Numbered from the stretch's first letter, positions 1 through 10,183 are shown. The stretch: DNA of 64,000 nucleotides from Candidatus Bathyarchaeota archaeon (GCA_963768425.1 CAVYHV010000014.1:64001-128000), one strand, 5' to 3'. Notes: a model not told the origin generated them from the letters alone. Program-made: numbers and translations.

Positions 1-1
1 C

Positions 2-163
2 AATTGCGGCGTGGCAGAGCATGGCTGCGAAGACAACGTGTGCTTAGAGCCCGCAAGAGTGAAACGGTCAATCATCAGAAGAGCTTACGAAGTTTCGGCG
101 TTTATGCTTCGCATCGATGAACTATTGATTTCCAAAGAAATTGCCAAGTTTCACAAGAAATAA
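2..163 (+). CDS. C-terminal end of a thermosome/group II chaperonin-like protein (partial, runs off window start)
   Basis: Manual translation NCGVAEHGCEDNVCLEPARVKRSIIRRAYEVSAFMLRIDELLISKEIAKFHKK*; EPxxVK...AxE.A...LRIDE is the chaperonin C-terminal pattern. Confidence 0.6.
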   Translation, partial: NCGVAEHGCEDNVCLEPARVKRSIIRRAYEVSAFMLRIDELLISKEIAKFHKK

Positions 164-440
164 CCAAAAAAAGGTGCCCTAAAGCGGAAAAATCGCGCAT
201 CATCTTCTACACTTGACATACCTACGTCTTCCAGACCCTTGGCAGTTTTTTGGGTAACTTGAAATCGAAATATCAACAACAACATCAACAACAACAAGAA
301 GCATGTCTTTTTTCTCTTCAAGGTAGATGATCTTGAAGAAGGCTGAAACAAAGAAGAAACCAAAAAAAAAGTCGCGTAAATTTTTCCTAATGAGCCAGCG
401 CGAAAATGTCAAAAATATTTTAGATGGGAGATACTTTGGG

Positions 441-920
441 TTAAAGTTTCTTGGTCATTACGTAAGCGTCTTCCCCGTCTGAGTAGTACCCGCTTATGGT
501 TCGAGTAACTTCAAACCCAAGCTTCTTGTACAGCGAAATTGCCGTGTCGTTGGTGACTCGGACTTCAAGGAAGCATTGTTTAGCTTTATAGTACTCCATG
601 CCCTCCAACGCCTTGGTGATGAGCGCCTTTGCAACTCCTTTTCGCCTTTGCTCTGGCATAACTGCGATGGATACAACATGTCCCTTTCTGATTAAGCCTC
701 CGAAACCGAAATTTGACAAGCCCACTTCGATGCGGCACATGATGTAACCCGCCATCTGATTGTTTTCTTCCGCAATAATGAATGTTTCTGGAAATCGTTG
801 GTGCAAGTCAATAAAGAAGAAATCCGTGTAGTTTTCGGGCAAACAAACCCTGTTTACCTGCATTACATTCTGCAAGTCGTCAGGAATAAATTTGCGAAGC
901 TTGAAAGTTTGCTGCATCAT
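441..920 (-). CDS. rimI: GNAT N-terminal/ribosomal-protein alanine acetyltransferase (archaeal Ard1/RimI-like)
   Basis: LPENY, GHVVSIAV, RRKGVA, LEVRVTN..AI.LY.KLGF, YYSDGEDAYVM motifs. Confidence 0.9.
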   Translation of the reverse strand: MMQQTFKLRKFIPDDLQNVMQVNRVCLPENYTDFFFIDLHQRFPETFIIAEENNQMAGYIMCRIEVGLSNFGFGGLIRKGHVVSIAVMPEQRRKGVAKALITKALEGMEYYKAKQCFLEVRVTNDTAISLYKKLGFEVTRTISGYYSDGEDAYVMTKKL

Positions 921-1016
921 TCGACCTTCTTTAAGGACATTTCACCGTTCAAACTTAAAGGTTACGCTTAAACACCCTCTAACAGCATTTTCGAGGGCAA
1001 GCCACACGGTTTAAGC

Positions 1017-2294
1017 CTATGCGTCTTCCGGCGCCTTGAACACAGGTAACGTGTAACTGCCCTGGGGAACAGCCCAAACCCTCGACGCGGAACCCGCCAT
1101 CTTGAACGCCTCTCCTAACGCGTCATTCACGGCACGGGCGGTTTTAAGTTTGAATATGCTTGTAGCATAATAGTCGGGCAGTGAAGAGACGAGAATTATT
1201 TGGTGGTTTTGCAGAGCTTTTAAAAGGTAATATGCCTTGTGCCCGCCCAAGACGAAGTTACGTTTGATTTCGTGCTCAACATTTTTCAAGTCGCCTAGCC
1301 GACTCATCCAATCATAGAACACCTGGTTCCCATGTCCCTCAGGACACTCCGCCACCAAAATTATGACGCCTCCACGTTTCACGGCGTCCAAAACGTTATC
1401 CAGCGCTTTGTAAGCTTGATACAGGTTCATGTCCGCAGGGGTTCCGCCTGCACTTACAACCAAGATGTCTGCTCGACGATCTACCGTTACACGGTACATT
1501 TCATCAACCAACTTAACGGCTTCCATGAAAGCTTGTTCTAAGTCTCCGGCAAAAGCTTTTACGATTTCGCCCTTCTTGTTTTCAACAACGTTCACGATAA
1601 AATCAACTTTCGCAAGCCTGGCTGCTTCAGTCATGTCCCGATGAACAGGGTTGTCTTCCAAGTTTCCTGACCGTGCGCTAGCGTGTAGCAGCAGTGCGTG
1701 GTTCTGCTTGATGGTTTCTTCGCCGCAGACAGCGGGCAAAACGCTTTTTCTTCCCCCACCATATCCTGCGTAATAGTGAAAGCCCACATCGCCTAAAAGC
1801 ACTTTGACATCCGCCTCGGCGAACACTTTGTTAACAAACACTTTGTTGCCATGTGTCTTGGTTGAACCGATATGCACCAAGTCCGCGGCTCGGCAGTCAT
1901 GACTAACAGTTTTTACCCTTTTGCAAGCCTCGGCACCAATGAGCACGGTGACTTCTTCAGGCTTAACCGCACGATGGGTGCCGCAGCCGAAAATAACCGT
2001 TACGTTCTCGTCTTTGACGCCCGCAGAATTCAACTCGGCGAGCACTGGTAACAGCATCGTTTCACTTGGAGCCTTGCGAGTGGCATCATCAACAACAATG
2101 GCCACTTTGCTCTCGGGCTTTGCAATTTCAAATAGACGCTTTGAGTTAATCGGTTCTTTTAATGCTCGCTCAACCTCTGCTTTGGGATCGGCTACTCCCG
2201 GGCGGTCAGTCGGCTCGATTGTTCCGAGCAGGTTTCGTGCGGGAACTCGAACGCAGACGTCGGTTTTTCCATAAGGAAGCCAAACATCAACCAT
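1017..2294 (-). CDS. larA: Nickel-pincer-dependent lactate racemase family (LarA-like)
   Basis: DDATR, GTHR, HYYAGYGGGRKS and LYQAYK motifs of the LarA family. Confidence 0.85.
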   Translation of the reverse strand: MVDVWLPYGKTDVCVRVPARNLLGTIEPTDRPGVADPKAEVERALKEPINSKRLFEIAKPESKVAIVVDDATRKAPSETMLLPVLAELNSAGVKDENVTVIFGCGTHRAVKPEEVTVLIGAEACKRVKTVSHDCRAADLVHIGSTKTHGNKVFVNKVFAEADVKVLLGDVGFHYYAGYGGGRKSVLPAVCGEETIKQNHALLLHASARSGNLEDNPVHRDMTEAARLAKVDFIVNVVENKKGEIVKAFAGDLEQAFMEAVKLVDEMYRVTVDRRADILVVSAGGTPADMNLYQAYKALDNVLDAVKRGGVIILVAECPEGHGNQVFYDWMSRLGDLKNVEHEIKRNFVLGGHKAYYLLKALQNHQIILVSSLPDYYATSIFKLKTARAVNDALGEAFKMAGSASRVWAVPQGSYTLPVFKAPEDA

Positions 2295-2533
2295 GGGTGG
2301 TCACGTATCGGAATGTACTCGACGTAGGAAGCTATTAAGCCTTATCAAAACAGGGAGAAGAAATGTAGCATGTTGATTTATCAGCTCCGTGACTGTACGG
2401 GGTCTTCCGCCATTTATTAGTGATTTCACAACAAGCGACTTGGTGATTGTTACTGCACTACAACAAATCTATTTAAGAACTGACAAGACTTTCTAGTTAA
2501 AAAGAAAACATTCTTTGAAAAGGAGAGTTTTGT

Positions 2534-2863
2534 ATGCTTGATGGTTTAGAATGGCTCATAATCGGCGCAATTGCGATTGTCGTGATTCTTTGGGGTCCAG
2601 CGAAAATCCCAGAGTTTGCAAAGGCACTTGGCAGAGCTAAGGGTGAATTTAACAAGGCACAAGACGAATTCAGCAAAGCAGCAAGCGAAACACCGCAGTC
2701 TAGGACCGTGACCAACTTTACAGCTCCTCCGTCCCCTTTGAAGAGCAGAGATGAAGTTCTAATCGACGCAGCCAGAAGCTTGGGTATATCAACAGAAGGC
2801 AAAACCAGGGAACAGATTTCCGAAGAAATCTCATTAAAAGCGAAACTGCTAAACGCTGATTAA
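2534..2863 (+). CDS. tatA: Twin-arginine translocase TatA/E subunit
   Basis: N-terminal TM, WGPAKIPEFAKALGRAKGEF amphipathic helix, archaeal GISTEGKTREQI tail. Confidence 0.9.
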   Translation: MLDGLEWLIIGAIAIVVILWGPAKIPEFAKALGRAKGEFNKAQDEFSKAASETPQSRTVTNFTAPPSPLKSRDEVLIDAARSLGISTEGKTREQISEEISLKAKLLNAD

Positions 2864-3954
2864 TCCCCTAAGCTTCATTCTTTCTTTGTTTAGAAAATAT
2901 AGTTAGAACGCTGAAAGCAAAACGTCTCATTTTGTAAGTTGGCTTTTATTTCGCCGTCAAATGCCGGAGTAGATATAATCTTAAACGCTTTCAAAATATC
3001 AAAGCGTATCCGGATTCATTTGCTTTGCTTGCGCTCGTGAATGGTCGCAGAATACCTTATGCAAAGCAACCGAAGCTTCGTCTATTTTAACAGTATTACT
3101 AGCCGTCTCCTATCCCTATGTTCTCACAGGTTCGGCTCGATTTAAAGCAGATTTCGCGCACACTAATATACCAAAAATTGAAATAGTATACGAGTGCCAC
3201 AAACAAAACAGAAACTGCCTCAAAATGCATTCTGCCCTCCTGAGGACCTAAGTAATCAAAAACAGGTGGACAAATTTGAGTAAAGACCATAAATTCAGGA
3301 AAGACTTTACGCCAGAACAATACGCTGCTTATTTAGAAAGAAAAGCGAAGAATCCATATGCCCTGATACCTGAAAATAACGAACCACGGAACTTGAAATC
3401 TAAGAATAAAAAGAACACCGGATAATTTTTGTTTCTTTAACGACTTCTTAAACAGCGGTAACTTGGTTGGACAACAATGATAATTTATACAGTTTTGAAC
3501 TGGCAAGAATTGAATATGATGAAGGAAATAATCCCCCGCATGTACATTGCTTTTGCGTACTGAAAAAGTTTTATTACAATTATACTGTTATAGACCATTT
3601 TTGGGACTATTCAGAATATTTGGCAACTTTATCCTTAGACCATAAATATTCGACATATGCTCTCATAGTAAGGTTGGTTTCTTCTGCTCTTTTCTTAATA
3701 TCTACGTGAGTTTTTTCAGTAACTGTAATTGTTTTGTATCCTTTACGCGGCAAAAAGAACAAACTCCTCTTCCGTAATTTACCGTACGACTGAATATATA
3801 ATTAACGGTTTTACAGCACGGTTGAATGTATAGTAATGGTTAGACCGAACAATTGAACATATAATTAATTTGTGTTATATAATTAATGGTATCCCTTTTA
3901 TTGCGAAACCTTATATAAATACACGACCGCTAACTAACTTCAGAGGGAAGCAAA

Positions 3955-4155
3955 ACGCCGAAAAAAGGCTACAAAAGCATCACTGTAAAAGATGAGGTGT
4001 ACGCTTATTTTTTCAAAGAGTGGCTTAAGGTCAAAGAAGAGTACTCAACTAAGAAAGGCATTCACAGCTTCTCGGCCTATGTTACATACATCTTAGCTCA
4101 ACTGATGGACGAAGAAAAGAAATGCAACACGAAAAAAGATAGAATTCAAACGTAA
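3955..4155 (+). CDS. Small ribbon-helix-helix-like protein with apparent ACG start (66 aa)
   Basis: Manual translation (T)PKKGYKSITVKDEVYAYFFKEWLKVKEEYSTKKGIHSFSAYVTYILAQLMDEEKK...; TTATATAAAT TATA at ~3911 and GAGGGA upstream. Confidence 0.6.
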   Translation, partial: TPKKGYKSITVKDEVYAYFFKEWLKVKEEYSTKKGIHSFSAYVTYILAQLMDEEKKCNTKKDRIQT

Positions 4156-4266
4156 GAAATAGTAACGTATGTTATGTTTTGTTTGTTATATCAAGTTGTG
4201 CCAACAAATATTCAAGTGATTGGAACCCCTTTACGGTGCGGTATAGTACCGTACTGAGCGCTTGGA

Positions 4267-4392
4267 ATGGCTAAATGTCCTAACTGTGGCGAAGAAGTAT
4301 CTAAATCGGACAAATCGTTAGAAACTCCGTTGTTCCGCATCGAAGCCTATACCTGTAAAAACTGTAATTGTTGTTTCAAAGTGACGAAATAA
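4267..4392 (+). CDS. 41-aa CPxCG...CxxC zinc-ribbon protein (possibly Cren7-like)
   Basis: MAKCPNCGEEVSKSDKSLETPLFRIEAYTCKNCNCCFKVTK*, below the ORF-track cutoff. Confidence 0.7.
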   Translation: MAKCPNCGEEVSKSDKSLETPLFRIEAYTCKNCNCCFKVTK

Positions 4393-4553
4393 CTAAATAA
4401 TTTTTGTCCTCTTCTATCGAAAACCTGCTATTAAGATATAGCCCGATTTCTTGAAGACCCATAATTGCTTTTGTGTACTGAAAAATGCCTAAGAGAGCTT
4501 TTGCATCTCGCACACAACAAATATTAATAGTATTTTCCCTCTTTGGAAGATAG

Positions 4554-4964
4554 ATGAAAACCGCAGTTTTCTACCTCTCCAGAACTGGAAACACAAAACG
4601 ATTTGCAGAAGCAATCTCTGAAGCCTTGAAAGCCCCACTTTTTGACGTAATATCAATAAAACCCGAAATGCAAACTGAATACGATTTATTAGTTATAGGC
4701 ACGCCAGTAAACGGTTTTACTGCATGCCCAGAAGTTTTATCATTCGTCCAAAAACTGCCAGAGGGCGTAAACAAAAACGTGATTCTTTTCTGCACCTATG
4801 CAATTGCCAAAGGTAACACATTCAAAAACCTCCAACAATTCCTTTCAAAAAAAGGATACACAACCCTTCTGATGGTCTCCAAAAAAGGAATAAAACCTGA
4901 CAAAAACGACTTTGCGGATGCCCTGAACGAAATAACAGCCTGCATTAGCAAACGTTTATTATAA
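4554..4964 (+). CDS. Flavodoxin family protein
   Basis: YLSRTGNT FMN phosphate loop, IGTPV, FCTY. Confidence 0.85.
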   Translation: MKTAVFYLSRTGNTKRFAEAISEALKAPLFDVISIKPEMQTEYDLLVIGTPVNGFTACPEVLSFVQKLPEGVNKNVILFCTYAIAKGNTFKNLQQFLSKKGYTTLLMVSKKGIKPDKNDFADALNEITACISKRLL

Positions 4965-5092
4965 CTGACAAATAAGAAAGGAACCTTTGCGAAATAATCT
5001 TCAAGTAAATGTCATTTTTTCCCTCGGTTCAGTTATGCAGTCTATATAGTATAACTATAATAGCTTTGCAGCCTATTCTCGCAGTGATTGCA

Positions 5093-6193
5093 ATGACCAA
5101 ATCTGCCCAACCAGACGAGAACTTAAACTTGAATATTAACAAAATAGTTAACGATGCCTTACGAGTTTTCTTCAAAGATGCCGTCAGAATTGCCTTAACC
5201 AGTCCTTCGCAGTCTGTTTTCTTTTTACGCACACTCAGATGGCAAAACAAAGCAGCTAAAACAAGGCAGAAGCTGGAACTCCAAGGACTGCACGTTCCAC
5301 CCATCTTAGTCATAAGCGTCACTAGCAAATGTAATCTGCATTGTGCAGGTTGCTACCATCAAGCATTAAGAAGCAAGCCTGACGCTGAAATGAGTGATGA
5401 GCGTATCGAGCGGCTTGTGGATGAGGCTAAAGAACTTGGGATATCTTTTATTGTGCTTGCAGGTGGAGAACCTCTTATGCGCCCCAACATATTGGATATT
5501 TCTAAGCAGACTCCCGAGTTAATGTTTTTAATGTTTACAAACGGGCTATTGCTAAACGAGCAAATACTTGAACGAATGGCATCAAACAAAAACATTGTTC
5601 CGCTTCTCAGTTTAGAAGGTTACCAGATTGATACTGATGGCAGACGAGGCACAGGAGTCTATGATCAGCTGCTTAAATCAATTGACAAGCTAAAAAACAA
5701 AGGTCTTTTCTGGGGAACAACCTTGACTATGACGAGAACCAACTTTGCAGAAGTCACAGATGAAACCTTTATCAAAAAACTAGTCGATTCCGGATGCAAA
5801 TTTTTCATGATGGTCGAATACACTCCTGTAATCGCAGGGACGGAAGATTGGGTTCTTTCGGAACAGCAGAAATCGAAAGTGGTATCAATCCGAAATGGTT
5901 TCCGCAAAAAGTTCCCAGCAATGTTCATTGCCTTGCCGTGGGATGAGGAGGAAATAGGCGGCTGCCTCTCAGCTGGCCGTGGATTCATACATGTTAGCTC
6001 TGAAGGAAACGTTGAACCATGCCCGTTCATCGCTTACTCAGACACCAACCTGAAAAACATGCCGCTTAGGGAAGCTTTGCAATCGAAAATGCTGAAAACC
6101 ATCCGAGAGAATCATACTGAACTCAAAGAAATCCAAGGTTGCGCTCTCTGGGAAAAACGCGAATGGGTCAAATCCCTTGCAAAAGACAATTAG
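5093..6193 (+). CDS. Radical SAM protein with C-terminal SPASM/twitch-like region
   Basis: CNLHCAGC, GGEP, GCLSAGRG...PCPF; start moved to ATG 5093. Confidence 0.85.
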   Translation: MTKSAQPDENLNLNINKIVNDALRVFFKDAVRIALTSPSQSVFFLRTLRWQNKAAKTRQKLELQGLHVPPILVISVTSKCNLHCAGCYHQALRSKPDAEMSDERIERLVDEAKELGISFIVLAGGEPLMRPNILDISKQTPELMFLMFTNGLLLNEQILERMASNKNIVPLLSLEGYQIDTDGRRGTGVYDQLLKSIDKLKNKGLFWGTTLTMTRTNFAEVTDETFIKKLVDSGCKFFMMVEYTPVIAGTEDWVLSEQQKSKVVSIRNGFRKKFPAMFIALPWDEEEIGGCLSAGRGFIHVSSEGNVEPCPFIAYSDTNLKNMPLREALQSKMLKTIRENHTELKEIQGCALWEKREWVKSLAKDN

Positions 6194-6491
6194 TTAAGGG
6201 CAAAATCAAGGTTTCATACTATTGTCATTGCAATCATTACTAAATTTGATAAACTTAACCATTCTTTTTAATGTTCAGTCTTGTAACTTAAGAATCTAAA
6301 TAGTCTATTTGGACAACGCTAATAACTGTTTTAATCATGAAAGTCAACCAGGCAGGTCATCATCGAAGACGCCACCACTCCCAACCCAATCCCCTATATA
6401 TGTCGCTTTGGTGGTGACCTGAACTTCTCTTAACAAAACTCATAAGCCAAATCGTAGTACACTCATTAAGACGAAACCAGAGGCATAGAGT

Positions 6492-7064
6492 TTGAGTAAG
6501 GCTTTGATTGTTTACGGAACTCGCTACGGAGCAACTGCGAATACTTCTGAGGTCATTGCAGATAATCTTCGACAAGTAGGCTATGAAGCCAAAATTGTCG
6601 ATGCTAAAAAAGAGAAAGTGCAAAGCATAAACGAATACGACCTTATCTTAGTTGGAAGCGGAATCCAAATGGGCAAATGGACTAGCGAACCTGAAGACTT
6701 CATCAAAAAGCACCAGAAAGAACTCGCAACCAAAAAATTAGCACTATTCGTATCTTGTGGAGGAGCAAATCCCCTATCTGAAGGAGAACAGAAGAACAAG
6801 GAACTCGATGATGCCAAACGGAAATATCTTGAGGACAAGTCAGTTGAATTCAAGGTGAATCCAGTGGCTTTAGGATTCTTTGGTGGATGCTACGACTTTA
6901 ACAAAATGTCATGGTTCTTCAAAAAAACTCTATCATCAATTAAGCCAAAACTTGAAAGTGCTGGTTACAAGGAATCAAAAGCTGGAGTTTATGATTTAAG
7001 AGACTTGGACGCTATACGTGATTGGACAAAAGAAGTAGCTAGGACGGTTAACTCGCAACTTTGA
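6492..7064 (+). CDS. Flavodoxin-domain protein (HemG/Flavodoxin_5-like)
   Basis: YGTRYGAT, GSGIQMGKW, DLRDLDAIRDW. Confidence 0.85.
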   Translation: MSKALIVYGTRYGATANTSEVIADNLRQVGYEAKIVDAKKEKVQSINEYDLILVGSGIQMGKWTSEPEDFIKKHQKELATKKLALFVSCGGANPLSEGEQKNKELDDAKRKYLEDKSVEFKVNPVALGFFGGCYDFNKMSWFFKKTLSSIKPKLESAGYKESKAGVYDLRDLDAIRDWTKEVARTVNSQL

Positions 7065-7255
7065 GTAGGTACTTCTGGAATATTCTCATATGTATTTTTC
7101 AAAGTAGTTCCTGGATCTTGATGCGGCCCGATTTAAATTGCAGAAGTAAGGATAACGATGAGACGGGTATTCCATATGTTAAGCAAAAAATCTCCAAACC
7201 TTAAATACAAACAGGGTACACTGGTTATTTGAGAAGATTTGGAGTGTCGCAAAAA

Positions 7256-7960
7256 ATGTATTGTCAAAATTGCGGTGCAGAAATATCCCCAACGGACAAA
7301 TATTGCCCTTCATGCGGTGCGGCACAGCAGGCTCCTGCCCAACCACAACAGCAACCTTACCCAACACCCCAACCACAAACGCAGCCCCAGCCGCAAACTG
7401 ACACGCAACAACAGACAGGCATGTTTAATCAAAATAAGTATACCATAGAACAAAAGTTAGTTGCTGTCAGGGACACATATGGAGTTAAAGACTTGAATGG
7501 GAACCTTTTAGGTTACGTAAAGCAAAAAATTGTCAGCGTAGGACCCAAATTCTGGTTCGAAGACACAAACGGCGTTCAACTGGGAGAGATAGACGGCAAG
7601 CTTGTCTCCATACACGACGAGTACGATGTCAAAGACCAGAGCGGGCAGCTCAAGGCAAGAATTAAGAAGAAAATTCTAAACCTGATAGGAAGCGAATGGT
7701 GGATGGAAGACGCGCAAGGACAACAAATTGCGAAGGTCAAAGGCAACTACTCGGAACACGAATACCAAATTCTAGCTCCAGATGGAAGCGTCATAGCCCA
7801 AATACACAAAAAATGGGTCACTATAAGAGACTCATATAACATTGAAATCACCCGCCCAGACTTCGACACATTCCTCATCCTAAGTTACGTTATCGCAATG
7901 GACCATATTGAACAAAAAAACAACCCCTCCCAAAACCGCATAGGACCTTTCTCCTTCTAA
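7256..7960 (+). CDS. Zinc-ribbon + Q/P linker + LURP-one/scramblase (tubby C-like) protein
   Basis: CQNCG..CPSCG, QP-rich linker, repeated beta-hairpins ending KKWVTIRDSY..I...D. Confidence 0.8.
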   Translation: MYCQNCGAEISPTDKYCPSCGAAQQAPAQPQQQPYPTPQPQTQPQPQTDTQQQTGMFNQNKYTIEQKLVAVRDTYGVKDLNGNLLGYVKQKIVSVGPKFWFEDTNGVQLGEIDGKLVSIHDEYDVKDQSGQLKARIKKKILNLIGSEWWMEDAQGQQIAKVKGNYSEHEYQILAPDGSVIAQIHKKWVTIRDSYNIEITRPDFDTFLILSYVIAMDHIEQKNNPSQNRIGPFSF

Positions 7961-8475
7961 CCACTCACACAAGCACACTTGAGCAAAAAACATTGTCAAC
8001 TACAGCTCTGAACCTTCAGTGTTCTGCTTTTTCCCCTTGGAACGGGTTGAATACTGAAAGCCCTCAAGAAAAGGCATGTTTTCATGGGTTTTTGGGATTA
8101 GTCCTTTAATTCTTATGTGAGACTAAACTAAAATTCTGTTTTTGCTGTTTGACATGGAAAGAGAACTATTAACAGTTTAAGGGACATTTAAAACACATGA
8201 CTTACAAGATAGCATGCGCATTTATATCGCAGTTCTCTAGCGGCGACGAAAAACCTTCCGCTCCCTTACCGCTCCAATGCCAGCTTTTGACAGCAGATTA
8301 TGTGCCGAAATTATCTGGGAGTAAACATCTTGCAAGACGACAATTCGTCTTCTATGAATATTCATCGAAAGAGCCCCTTTCCAGCAAGTCAAGAATTCTT
8401 GACGAGTAACGACCAGCGCAAGTCAAAGAAATTGGACGAAAAATCTTTTATATCTACCCGCTCCTACCTCAAAAT

Positions 8476-10011
8476 ATGGCTAGCAAAAACATAGTTCTTG
8501 CTTCCACCGTTATCTTTGTCTCAATAGTTTGTTGCGCAGGAATAAACCTCACCGTTCATGCTGGAGGCTTCAAAACAGTGGGTACGGTTACAGTGGAAGG
8601 CCAGCCGAATTGTCTAGCTTATGATTCAGGAAAAGGAGAGATTTTTGTTCAAAATCATTCTGACGGTACAATTTCAGTCATTTCCGATAGCGATAATTCA
8701 GTTGTCGCGACCTTTCCCGTTGGAGACTACCCCCAGGGAATGGCTTACGATTCTGGCAAAGGAGAGACATTTGAATCTGATTTAGACGACGTGGGGGAGG
8801 TCGTAGGCAGCTCTTCTCCTGTCGTCCGTGTAATATCGGACAGCAACAATAGCGTTGTTGCTACGATTCCTAATGTTGTAGGAAACTTGGCTTATGACCC
8901 GGCAAAAGGAGAGGTTTTCGTAAGCCAATATGACACAAATGATGTTTGTGTAATTTCAGACAGCACAAATACAGTGGTCGCCAGCATACCTGTAGGCTTT
9001 GAGGCCACTGACATAGTTTATGATTCTGGAAGAGGAGAAATCTGGGTTGATAACGGCAGCTACTCTGTATCAATCATTTCGGACGCAACAAACAGGGTCG
9101 TTGGAACCATAAATGTCGGCGGTCAACCCTGGGGATTTTTTTCCAATATGGCTTATGACCCGGCAGAAGGAGAGATATTTCTGACTTCCATGGAAAGTGT
9201 AATCGTTATATCGGACAGCACCAGAACTCAAATTGCAAGCGTTCCTGAGTCTGCCCCTCTCAGCGTAGCTTATGCTTCGGGTAGAGGCGAAGTCTACGTA
9301 GCCAACTACAACAGCAACACCACCTCAGTCATCTCTGATGCTGACAAGAGAATAGTTCAAAACATCCCTGTAGATTTTCCCACCGCCGTGGTCTATGATT
9401 CAGGTAAAGATGAAATATTCGTTGCAAACGGCGGCCTCGTCCCAATTACGGGATTTGTCGGGACTTCTGTCACCATATTAACCCCGCAACTCGTAGTTCC
9501 TTCAGTATTCTCATCAACAAATTCGGTAGCTGCAGGCGGGAACACCACGTTGACTTCAGCATTGGATGGAGGCGTCTTGCCGTACAAATACCAATGGTAC
9601 GTTCTGGCTCCCAAAGATTCAAGTTTCTCTCGCGCCAATAACGGGACTTCATTAAGCTACCAATTCAAAACCCTGAAATCCTCCCCGAAAGGGAACTGGA
9701 CCTTTGTTCTCCAAGTCACAGATTCAACCGGAGCAAGCGTAAACTCGACGGCAACAACAATCACAGTTAATCCGCCTGCTCGGAACACAGGTCTGCCCAA
9801 ATTCAACTTCGTTAGAATTATTCTAATAACGGTGGCAATAGTGGCACTGAGCCTTCTTACATTTGCACTTTTGCTTAAAAAAGCCAAAAACACGAGCGCT
9901 ACCACGCCGGAGGAAATAATGAAACTTGGAATAGCAGATTGGATAAAATATGATGAGCTGACTCTTAATGGTATGCAGCCGTATAAACAGCGTGAAAGGT
10001 TGTTTTCTTAA
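8476..10011 (+). CDS. Secreted YncE/YVTN beta-propeller protein with Ig-like domain and C-terminal TM anchor
   Basis: Signal peptide; ~7 repeats of AYDSGKGEIFV..N...VSVISD.N.VVATIPVG; TM IILITVAIVALSLLTFALLL. Confidence 0.85.
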   Translation: MASKNIVLASTVIFVSIVCCAGINLTVHAGGFKTVGTVTVEGQPNCLAYDSGKGEIFVQNHSDGTISVISDSDNSVVATFPVGDYPQGMAYDSGKGETFESDLDDVGEVVGSSSPVVRVISDSNNSVVATIPNVVGNLAYDPAKGEVFVSQYDTNDVCVISDSTNTVVASIPVGFEATDIVYDSGRGEIWVDNGSYSVSIISDATNRVVGTINVGGQPWGFFSNMAYDPAEGEIFLTSMESVIVISDSTRTQIASVPESAPLSVAYASGRGEVYVANYNSNTTSVISDADKRIVQNIPVDFPTAVVYDSGKDEIFVANGGLVPITGFVGTSVTILTPQLVVPSVFSSTNSVAAGGNTTLTSALDGGVLPYKYQWYVLAPKDSSFSRANNGTSLSYQFKTLKSSPKGNWTFVLQVTDSTGASVNSTATTITVNPPARNTGLPKFNFVRIILITVAIVALSLLTFALLLKKAKNTSATTPEEIMKLGIADWIKYDELTLNGMQPYKQRERLFS

Positions 10012-10183
10012 TGACTGCATGATACTATGAACGGTTATCTTGCGGTCACATTTCTAAAATCATAGGGAGAAAACGAACCTCTCTTATTCACGTTCATTGA
10101 CAGCTATTGGTTTAGGACTGAGAGGCATCATCTTATTTGGGAATAATATAATTTATATGAATCATCCAAATTAACACAATAAC

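Noticed and set aside
3099-3709. ORFs 3099..3320 (-) and 3467..3709 (+) as genes
   Set aside because: No recognisable motif or clear translation signals in AT-rich, probably decayed DNA
8590-9430. Recurring ~120-130 bp DNA similarity (GCTTATGA...GGAGA) as a repeat array
   Set aside because: Explained by beta-propeller blade repeats of the YncE protein
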